Shown: piece after piece, positions 22,629-32,000 of the stretch
How positions within the stretch are numbered: the stretch's first letter is position 1
How the letters are laid out: each line of letters begins with the position of its first letter
DNA from: Zygophlyctis sp. KS116
Taxonomy: Eukaryota; Fungi; Chytridiomycota
Assembly: GCA_054661495.1 (NCBI GenBank)
Contig: BAAFSQ010000086.1
Location: 1 to 32,000, forward strand
Direction of reading: 5' to 3'
Length of the DNA stretch: 32,000 nt
The notes under the pieces: generated by a model
What the model was told of the DNA's origin: nothing
Seen by the model: only the letters and a program-made list of their open reading frames with translations
The model's database searches: none
Translations under genes and position numbers: made by a program

Positions 22629-23204
22629 TTATAGAAATCTACTAAGAGACTCCTGAGACTGACAAGATTCAATTGTTAGGGCAGATTTGGGTTTTGATAA
22701 TTCTTTCAAAGATTTCTTGATTGATAAATCAGTAAAAATAGAGTCATATTCAGGAGAAGGGGGTAAAATATAATAAGGAACAGGGGTTTGTGTTCGTGAA
22801 GATTCTAAAGAAACTCGTTCTTGCATTGAGCCTAATCCAGAAGCTGATTCTAAAAAAATTGATGGTATTCCTTTTAAGTGACTCTGATGTCTTCTCCTCC
22901 TCCTAGCAACAAAGCCTAAAAGTAGACCTAAAATCAAAAGACTAGAAACGAGTAAAAGAGTAAAATGCAAAAAATTGAATCCCATACTTTGTCTTGTAAT
23001 GATGGCAGTCTCTTGAGATTGTTTGGATATAATAGGGCCTATATTCCCTGAATGTTCTTTAGAAAGATTAATTCTTGATAATTGTCTTCCATTATTCCTG
23101 TAAATGTTCCTGTCAGATATATGTTGTTTGATTGGAGAATGATTGATTTCTGTAAGGGTTGCACCAGAGACTGTACATAATAAAGAAAGTTTAGCTAATT
23201 TCAT
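22629..23204 (-). CDS. Single-pass type I membrane protein, unknown function
   Basis: Signal peptide, one TM followed by RRRRRH, cytosolic PPSPEY (PY-like) motif. Confidence 0.65.
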   Translation of the reverse strand: MKLAKLSLLCTVSGATLTEINHSPIKQHISDRNIYRNNGRQLSRINLSKEHSGNIGPIISKQSQETAIITRQSMGFNFLHFTLLLVSSLLILGLLLGFVARRRRRHQSHLKGIPSIFLESASGLGSMQERVSLESSRTQTPVPYYILPPSPEYDSIFTDLSIKKSLKELSKPKSALTIESCQSQESLSRFL

Positions 23205-23493
23205 TTTAAGCTTTTGCTTTGTGGAAAATTTTCGTGGAAGAAATGAAAATTTTAGATAAAGTTGACAGCCGAGATCCCGATTCTCCTTACCGGGTAAAAG
23301 GTGTCTAAAGTCAGAACTCTAACCTAGATTCAAACCTAGGGCAGAATCAAAGTTTCGGACTTGAGTTTTAATGAGATTTCCACTCGGCAATTTTAATTTA
23401 TGTACCAAGTTTTAATTGAGATCATTTCCACAAGTATGGGTTATTCCATAGCACAACATTGAACGAATGCAGCATTATTTTTGAAAGTAACAA

Positions 23494-23747
23494 GATTATC
23501 TCAATACAAGGATTATCTAGAAGGCTATGATAATATTCTTTAAAAAAACTAATTCATTTATTTACTCTTTAAAATATTATTTATCTCTCTACTACATAAC
23601 CCATGTCATCCATAGTAAATTCGTCACTTTGCTTACTTCATCCTGAGGTGAAACGTTACTTTGCTTATGTCATTCCGGACAAATAAAAAAGCTACTGATT
23701 GAGCTTCATTTAGTCTCTGGAATTTTTATTGAGTTCCCCGCAATAGA
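23494..23747. repeat. Gene-less copy of Cys-rich cassette flanks
   Basis: 23494-23615 resembles 14254-14403; 23698-23729 equals 14970-15001 (32/32); 23721-23747 matches the reverse complement of 8817-8843 (24/27). Confidence 0.85.
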
Positions 23748-23749
23748 TT

Positions 23750-24966
23750 GTCCAATCAAAATAGGCAACGATCAATTACATCAACTAGAAATTAATGATT
23801 AAAGTTTTACTCTTTTAACAATTTACCAATCCAAATCTAGTACTTTCCAGATTAAATTCAATCGACCTGAAGGAATTTTAATCTGTCATTTAGCAAAAAA
23901 TTATCTAAATGGTGTTGCTTCATATCCTGTATCAGATTTAACCCATCAAAATGCACCTGTTCATAGAGCTTATTGCTATGAATCTCAACCAGCTGATAGA
24001 AAATCCATGTCTTTAAAAAGTGATTCACTGCAGAAGAAAAAGAGCACCCAAAAATTATTAGAAAATTCTAATACATACAAAGATACAGCCTTGAATAATT
24101 AACTTTTAGATTCTCTAAGCAAGGAAAGTGAATCTAGTCTAAGCCGTGAAAGAGGAATGAAACTATCCAGGAAAATCTTTCGAATTCTTAATCTCATTAG
24201 AGCCATAGCTGTTGCAATATACGCATTTGTTCCAACTTCAAAACAGTTAGAAAACAATGACGTGATTGCTTTAGGGGCAAAGAATTTGCTCATCACTTCA
24301 CTTGTTTTTGCTGCATTTGACGTTGCTGTAGCTTTTATCAGACTCTTCCCCCAATATTTCTGGTATTTCTGGGATGTCAAAAATTGGGATCCTGTAAATT
24401 AAAGTTACTAATTCCTAGTTTGCAAAGACATATACAGTTCGGGCTATCATTGAAATCATGATCTAATTATTGACATTATTCCAGTTCTACTTAATATGAT
24501 TGTTCGTATTTACATGTACAGAATGTCCGAAATCCTCGCAAATCCCTCAATTCAAGATAGTATCTACAACATTTCTATTTCTATAAGCCAAGTGAATGAT
24601 ATTTTCAAATATCAGAATTTAATAATTCTCATGTGCTTTGTTGCTACTTTAGTGTATACCATTGCCTTTCATGCAGCATCAGTAATGTTTTACTTATCTT
24701 GGGACAAAAAAGCAACAATTCTAGGATTTTTAGTCTTTTTAAAGAGTTTACTTCTTTTGTTTGATATTTTAACGAATGGAATGCTTTTATACAAAGTACT
24801 TGTATTTAAAGGAATTGATCTTTTTGATTTACATGGACTTTTAGGATTTACAATTTCTATTGTTGCGCCGTCTCCTATAATAACCTTGGTGACAAATGGT
24901 ATCATTTCATTTATACTTTTACTTGTAGGCCTTGTAAATATTCTTCTTCACTACTTCATTTGCTAA
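23750..24966 (+). pseudogene. Disrupted multi-pass membrane protein gene
   Basis: One frame runs from ~23750 into ORF 24157 with TAA at 23800 and 24100; 25-nt intron 24394-24418; a 1-nt frameshift near 24460 is needed to reach the hydrophobic ORF 24496..24966. Confidence 0.55.
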
Positions 24967-24999
24967 TAATGCCAATAGAAAAATACCGTCATCCAGCAT

Positions 25000-25064
25000 G
25001 TCATCCGGCGGGACAGCAACGGATATAAAAGGAGCTGATTATGGGTGGGACATCTTCTAAAAAA
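25000..25064 (+). promoter_or_regulatory. Conserved TATA-containing promoter block of Cys-rich gene 2
   Basis: Near-identical to 14438-14503; TATAAAA at 25024-25030. Confidence 0.75.
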
Positions 25065-25652
25065 ATGAAATCATCTCTCTTCTGTCTTTTGGTTGCTTTA
25101 CTCTCCATGGCTGGGAATGTTCAAGCTGTATGTACAGCGTGTGAAACTAATCAGTATTGTACAGGGAGTAAATGTAAGAACAAAAAAAATGGAGGGGGTA
25201 GTTGCGCTAATAAAAAAGAGTGCTTCTCCGACAATTGTATTAATGGCCAATGCGGATGTACCAAAACATGCATTTCAGGCCTAACTTGTATTAACGGAAA
25301 ATGTGAAGAGAAAAGAAAATCCGGCGGCTATTGCGATAATGACAATATGTGCAAATCTGGCAAATGTTTATCGTCGACAAAGAAATGTGTTGACTGTAAG
25401 GTACAAGCCGACTGCCCAAAAGACAAAGCTTGTATTGATTGGGAATGTGTTCGATTCGACAAACAAGAAATCGGCTCCTATTGCCAAAAAAATTTTTGGT
25501 GCAAATCTAACAATTGTTCCGACGACGATAGATGTATTGGTACAAAAAAAAATGGGGCAACATGCGATAGAAACTCTGACTGCGCTTCAAACCATTGCCA
25601 GCATTATGGAAATTCGGACGGAGTTAATGTACCGAGTAGATGCGTGCCTTAG
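25065..25652 (+). CDS. Secreted Cys-rich repeat protein (candidate effector)
   Basis: Signal peptide MKSSLFCLLVALLSMAGNVQA; repeated G-x-x-C-x5-C-x-S-x-x-C modules. The ATG at 25041 lies inside the shared promoter block, so 25065 is preferred. Confidence 0.85.
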   Translation: MKSSLFCLLVALLSMAGNVQAVCTACETNQYCTGSKCKNKKNGGGSCANKKECFSDNCINGQCGCTKTCISGLTCINGKCEEKRKSGGYCDNDNMCKSGKCLSSTKKCVDCKVQADCPKDKACIDWECVRFDKQEIGSYCQKNFWCKSNNCSDDDRCIGTKKNGATCDRNSDCASNHCQHYGNSDGVNVPSRCVP

Positions 25653-26348
25653 GGTTAAAATGCGAAAAAAGACAAAATTAACTTTCTACGATTTATATAT
25701 TTTATTTGAGTTCCAACATGAGTTTTAGTATAACTGATATTTGATTATTTGAATTTAGTAGTCAAATTCAAATTGTGTTTCTCAAATGATTTGATGGCTA
25801 TTTGGCAGGGATTGGAAAAAATGAGTACTGCTGAATGATTTAGCTGCAGCATTTTAACATGTTCAAGTGTAAATACTTGCAAAGGACTATCGACAAGATT
25901 CAATGAAGGAATTGAAACTCTTATATCTTACAAAACTTTTCTTGAATGTCTCAAATAGTTTATTTGAAATTATTTGTTATTTGAAGTCGAATTCAAATAT
26001 AATGAGCCCATATTTGAATTTGACTCAAATTCGTAGTCCAAGTAAACCTCATGACAGACACTTTTCGGATGTGAATGTGCTTGGAATGGATTATTTGTCG
26101 GATAATATGCCTTTTTTTTATTTATCAGCAATAGACAAACGGTATAAACTTTATAAAGTCTGTTGAAAAGATTTCTGGTCATAATTAATGATTCCATATG
26201 AAAATGGCATCATTCGGTGCTCTATTTATACTACTGTTGTACCATAAAGAGCATTTGCGCTAGAAAAAGGGCACAAGAAAGGTTTCAAGTTGTCCGATAT
26301 CTAACCTGTTCCGTGAGCAAGGGGAGCCCTAGTTAAGATCTGAAAAAG

Positions 26349-26795
26349 ATGAGAAACTGGACAATAATGATGATGATTTTTACAACAATCCTTCTCTTTA
26401 CAAAAGTTAATGCAAAAGATGCAAGTCTTGATCAGGTGAAAGGAATGATTTTCGATTGGAATGAACTAATAAATCTTCAAAATGAGATGTCTGGACAATA
26501 TTTCAAAGAATCTAATAGATCGATTGTAAAAAGAATGTTTCATTGGTACTACAATGGTATATTGGGGTTTGGTAATGCATATGTAACTGCAAAGGCAAGA
26601 TTTGATTATTACTTCAAGGATTTCTTTCAGAAAGCAAATGCATTCACAGATCAATGTTTTTTGATTTTAGATAGCTTTAGACTATCAATGTTTTCTGCAA
26701 AGATTATTGAAATATTTATCGGATATGCAATCGCTGTATACTCTATTACATTACTGTATTTATACTTTCAGACGCTTAATAGCACTTTACAATAA
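26349..26795 (+). CDS. Hypothetical protein with signal peptide and C-terminal TM
   Basis: 148-aa ATG ORF with hydrophobic N-terminus ending VNA and hydrophobic C-terminal segment; stop is 27 bp from the convergent gene. Confidence 0.6.
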   Translation: MRNWTIMMMIFTTILLFTKVNAKDASLDQVKGMIFDWNELINLQNEMSGQYFKESNRSIVKRMFHWYYNGILGFGNAYVTAKARFDYYFKDFFQKANAFTDQCFLILDSFRLSMFSAKIIEIFIGYAIAVYSITLLYLYFQTLNSTLQ

Positions 26796-26822
26796 AGATA
26801 TTAATAAGGTGGAAAAGATTTA

Positions 26823-28446
26823 TTACTTTTTAATGACATCGAAATCTGCAGGAGGGAATATAAGTCCATACATGACAGCCAACGCCTCTAGTATAACTGC
26901 AAAGAATTGAAAAACAGCAGTAATTGGAATATGAAGTATAATCAAAACAAAGTTTTTTCTCTTATCAATGTCTTGAATTAGGATTCCCAATATGTAGAGA
27001 TAGACAAAGGTCACAAAGGAAAAGTCCTTTAAGAGTCCAAACCATCTAGGAGTACCCAGTTTCACAAAGAATCCCAAGACAACTGATGCAACGGTAAAAT
27101 ATAGAGATAATGTTCCTAATGTCCAAAAAAACCACCATATCTTTGGTAGAACTTGAGGAAGACGTCGAATACCAACATACCAACGGCGACGTTGTTTTAA
27201 GAATCCAATCAAGTCTAATGGTGATTGTTCACGTACAATTCCAGGAATTTTCCCACATTTGTATCCAAGTTCCCATGCATGAGTTGCAAATTGATAATCT
27301 TCGGTCAAGGAACCAAGATCCCAGGTAATGGCATTTTCAACCATTCCATTAGTTAATAAAAATGAACCGTGTGCTCCAAACATTGGGTTATGGAAGAAAT
27401 CATATTGTAAATGAAATCTAGCCAAATCATCTCCAACTCTAATTGCATCACCAACAGTGAAAAACCAATTTGCCCAATATCGGTACTGATTATATATAAT
27501 AATCCCTTGCCCCCAAGTATATTGCTTTTGATACCGAATAAAGTTTAAAACTTGATGAACACTTTCATCGTCAATCACAGATTCCTCATCAAGATGTAAT
27601 ATCCAGTCATATTCTGTATATTTCATTGTTTGTCGGTACCATTCGAGAGCACGAGCCTTATATTTTGACTGGCCAGTTTGAAAGCTTTTCGGACAAGTAA
27701 AACAATTCACTTGATCAAAATAGTATGGCTCATCAGTCAATACATGAACTCGAATACTTGGATCAAGTTTTTCTAAATGTTTATGAGCATTCCAAGCCCT
27801 CATTACTGCCTCTCTATTATCCCCTTTTGTAACTGTTAAAATGTATAAATTATCAATTCTTCTGGCCTCGCTCTCGTCATGCACAAGAAATTTTGTTGTT
27901 CGAAACGGTAGAGCTAAAGAAATAAAGCAAATTAAAGTGTAAGGAAGTGGTAAAATCCATCCTAAGATTAATTGAATTCAAATTACCAATCTTCCACCAA
28001 CATGACATATTCCAGATGTCGTCATCATTGTAATCCTGCTGAAGGACAAATGTCATATAATAAGTAAACCCGAGTATGAATGCTATGTGGATTATCCACA
28101 TTTCTGATAATAAATTCATCACAGTCTTTGTATTCCCAGTGTTTGTTAAAATTTGTGGCTCATTTGTTTCACTGATTGCTTTTGAGTTATGATCCTTTTC
28201 CAATGTATCAAAAGCACTTTGACCATTCAATATAACCGAGTCTCGGAGATCAATCTTTTTACCAAATTCAGCCAATGATTCGGAAGATGTATTAAACTGT
28301 AATATTCTAGGACTTTTTGCATCAGTTTTCTCATTTGTAGAATTCTGATCTATTTTGGTGGATGAATCTGTATTCTTCAACTCTTCTTGCGATGTTATCT
28401 TAACGTTGATCTTGGGAGGACTTTCACTGATATTCGGGTGGCTCAT
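26823..28446 (-). CDS. GT2 glycosyltransferase, egghead/BRE-3-like beta-1,4-mannosyltransferase
   Basis: YKARAL, ILHLDEES, HGSFLL, SLTED, QRRRW, C-terminal FDVIKK; 25-nt intron 27962-27986 joins the two ORFs. Confidence 0.85.
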
Positions 28447-28694
28447 TTAATAATTTTAAGAATGATTACGAATGCCGATTGTTCTTGTCTGACGTAGCCG
28501 GATTACGTGCGTTTGTCCCAACCATGGCATACGCAGTCTGATATGCACCAGAAATTTGGCGTTTAATTTTGAGTCCATTTTACATTTAGTTAGCTCTGAT
28601 TCTTGGGTATTCAATTCATGTCCGAACATACTTGGTTCATAGGCCCCTACCGTCAACCCAGCGTTTTTTATGAAACTGAGACGTTTCAAACTTT

Positions 28695-31600
28695 ATGCAA
28701 TCAGAAAACTTGAAGAAATCTACCCATGCTGATGCAATATTAAGAGCATCGGTTACTAATCATGATTGGTCCGAAGATAAAGAGAAACCCTCTTATCAAC
28801 TGAAAGCATTGTTCATTAGAGCTTACTACATTCAAAAAAGACAAATGTTTACAAATATACTCTGCATTGGTTTATGTCCATTCTTGATCATTTTTATTTC
28901 TACCATTCTAGGTGTGATTGCAAATCAGATATTTAATAATATTACAATATCTGGTAAGTTAATTTTATGCTAATAAGTAGATGATATTTTGTCATGTTCT
29001 AAATTATCTTCTGTAGATGAATATGGGTGGCCATTACCTGTAGGAAGGAATTTGCCATTTACAGTCTCGAATTCACGAGTAATAAGGCATCTCAACTTGT
29101 TTAAAACCGATCAACATTTGAAATTTTTATCTATTTCAAGAGATGATTTTAAATATTGTGAATTCTGGCTGGATAGTTTGAATAATTTGAACAAAAGTAC
29201 TGCACCTATTTCTTGGGATTCGTAAGGATTTTGTAATTTAATGCATTTAGAACGTTTCTGTCTCAGCCAATCAGGCCTTGGCTAGCTATTTTGAACGAGT
29301 CTTCCAGTCCTAACAGAGACTATGCTGTAAAAGAGTTGTCCAGAAACCAAATGTTTCCGCATATAGTTTATGGAGCTGCTCCAAATATCATTAAAAATCT
29401 TCCAATTATCAAGAAAACACCGATTTTAAATGATTCTTCTCAAATGATGAATGATTTTTTAACCAAATCAAATACTTTATCAGATTCAATCTTTGGACAG
29501 ATCAAGCCAAGATATTGGATAAATCTATCCTCTCCTCTTGACTTTCATTTTCAAAAAGTACCTATTTTTACTCAATTAGCATCGCATAAAACACAACAAG
29601 ATATGGATATTTATTTTGCTGAAAAGATACAGGATGCATTATTGTTATTTTCTACAATGAACAAGTCAATTATTTATCAGCCTATACCTTCTGATTCAGA
29701 ATTGACAACATTTTATAATTCAATTCAAAACACTCTCAAGGAACTTCCACATGGAGGGATTTGGATCGAAAAACTAGATCATAGAGAGCGAAATTATAAG
29801 TATACCCTGCAGTTTGGAAGGGAAAAGCGGCTTTCTTTAATTCCTGAACTAGGTAAAAGACTTATTATACAACAAGCGCAACTTGGAAATTCTATCCTTC
29901 GATTTAGTAATCCGCCAAAACTTGGAAATTACTCTATTATACAAGGTCTTCGAGCATTTCCTCATTACGTTCGCGGGGACTCGTTTAAATACCCAATAGC
30001 TGAATTTACTGCACGACTACTATTTCCTTTGGGACTTTCTTGTCTTATTCCTGTTTTTGTTGTTACTCTGGTAAAGGAAAAAGAATCAAAAACTGTTATA
30101 ATGATGCGCATGGTAAAATCTATTTCTTTTAATGTATTAGAATGGCGTGAAGCTTTCAAAGTATTTATTAGTTCAATATTGTGTCTTTTTGATTCTTTAC
30201 TGGCTTTCAGCAGCATCTTTCTTAATATGTGGAAGTTTATCTGGAATGGAATTCTTTGATAATACGAGTCTGTCAGTATTATTGACAGTTTTAAGTATAT
30301 GGGGGCATTTGCTGATATGCTTATCTTTATTTATTTCTGTATTTTTTAGGCGCAGTCGCAGAGCGTTGGTGTTTGTATTATTGATGATATTATGCAGCGT
30401 ATTGATGCATCTTGTTTTAATAAGGTTTTCGCCAGATACTCTTCCGGAGTCAATTTACTATACTTGGCCCCCTTTAACTTTTTATAAGGCGCTCGATATA
30501 ATCAATGTAGCTTCTTACTCATCTTTTCAAAAGGTAGTTGAAAATATTTTCATATAATAGCCATATGCATACTCTGATCTTGTAGTTGGGAACGAATTAT
30601 ACAACTACCTTTTGATAATGTATTTCCAAAATACACTATTATTTGCACTCGCAGGTTATCTCAGTTATGTCACTCCAACAGAATTCGGCGTTCGTAGACC
30701 TTGGCATTATGCATTGTATCGAGTATTTCGCCAATGTTTTGGGATAAAAAAGAAGAGAAAAATCGCTGGGATAAAATCTCTGGAAGAAGCTGAATTGCTT
30801 GTTTTAAAAGGTACTTCTGATGATGAATTGGTTAAAAGAGAACGACACAAAGTTCTTTGTACCAAAGAATATGAAAATGCACCTTTAGTGATTAAAAACA
30901 TCACCAAAATTTATCACAGAAGCAACATTTCATTATCTAACTGTGCAATAGACAGAGTAACATTTGCAATAGAGAAAGATACAGTATTTGGGCTCTTAGG
31001 CTGCAATGGAGCAGGAAAGTCCAGCCTTCTTGGGATACTCACTGGTCTATTTGAAGCTACTTCAGGGACAGCTTATGTTGCAGGTTATGATGTCTGTACC
31101 GAAACAAAACACGTATATCGGAATATTGGAGTCTGTCCTCAATTTAATATTCTTTGGGATCAGATTACTGTACGAGAACATTTATTATTTTATGCAAGAA
31201 TCAAAGGAATTCCTAATTCAGAAGAAAAAGAAGCTGTTCGAGAAGTTTTGCAAAATGTTGAGCTTCTTGAAGATGAAGATGTTAAAGCCCAGAACTTGTC
31301 TTTTGGAGAAAAAAGAAGATTAGCAATAGGTATAGCCTTAATAGGATATCCAAAAGTTATCTTTATGGATGAGCCAACGGTAATTATTTTATTCTCTAAA
31401 CTTAGAATGGTCTTGATCCTATCATGCGACGCCAAGTCTGGAATATAATCCATAATATTAAAAAGGATAGAGCGATTATTCTTTCCACACATTCAATGAC
31501 AGAGGCCCAAGTTTGCTGTCAGAAAGTAGGAATAATGAAAAATGGAGCTTTAACGACTATAGGAACACCATTAGAGATTTGCAAACTCTATTCTAATGGG

Positions 31601-31909
31601 TACAGTTTAACTCTAAAATTTGTTGAATCAAAACGAGACATTGCAGAAAAATTTATATCCACAATTCTTCCAACCATTACTAATCATAATCAAATCAATC
31701 CGACTCTTGATCGCTATATATTCCAAGCCTCTACAATGGACATTGCAAGAATTTTCTCAGACTTGAAAACCCACTCATTAGAATACAATATATCCAGTTG
31801 GGAAATTTGTGCTAACTCACTTGCTGATGCATTTCAAACCATACATGCAGATGACCCAGATAATGATTTTGAAAAAGACTTTAGTTCGTGGATCACTAGC
31901 AGTTCTTAA
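28695..31909 (+). CDS. Half-size ABCA-family transporter
   Basis: QLKALFIRAYYIQKRQ start motif, LVKEKESK..MMRMNG, Walker A GCNGAGKS, GVCPQFNILW, FMDEPT|NGLDP, LSTHSM; introns 28954-28980, 29222-29250, 30113-30140, 30534-30560, 31380-31405. Confidence 0.92.
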
Positions 31910-32000
31910 AATTTTTATTTATTTTCTAAAATATTGTTTTTAGATAAGATACATACGCCATCCCCGTATTTTCTTTAGCTTCTGTCCCTGCCAAATATTC

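Noticed and set aside
23800-24102. TAA reassignment (alternative genetic code) to explain in-frame stops
   Set aside because: TAA terminates several conserved genes here (ACAD, SRC1, ABCA) and no conserved exon contains an in-frame TAA.
748-31492. Numerous short antisense or alternate-frame ORFs overlapping real genes (e.g. 748..1002, 3353..3616, 11186..11404, 25303..25728, 31006..31323)
   Set aside because: Shadow ORFs of well-supported genes.

Overview
This is AT-rich, very gene-dense eukaryotic DNA, not a prokaryotic window. It is most likely an early-diverging fungus (chytrid-like); that is an inference from a Crinkler gene, Spt3, a HeH/Man1 protein and an egghead-like GT2. Almost every split ORF is explained by tiny GT-AG introns: I could place 33, all 24-31 nt. 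Conserved genes are a class I sirtuin, a mitochondrial 2-Cys peroxiredoxin, an ACAD8-like acyl-CoA dehydrogenase, Heh1/Src1/Man1, Spt3, RNA pol III subunit RPC2, an S1/P1 nuclease, an egghead-like mannosyltransferase and a half-size ABCA transporter. These alternate with small rearranged accessory islands. (i) A CRN NTPase+REase gene is bracketed by ~100-bp direct repeats made partly from the neighbouring sirtuin 3' end, next to a decayed bacterial-type PD-(D/E)XK fragment. (ii) A CAP/PR-1 gene is bracketed by a perfect 98-bp direct repeat. (iii) A dispersed family of Cys-rich secreted-protein cassettes shares non-coding 5' and 3' flanks and occurs as two full genes, one 3' relic and one apparently empty cassette. 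(iv) Two tandem ~900-aa secreted paralogs share a near-identical 1040-bp core between diverged ends. Exon boundaries and alignments were read by eye; no searches were run.
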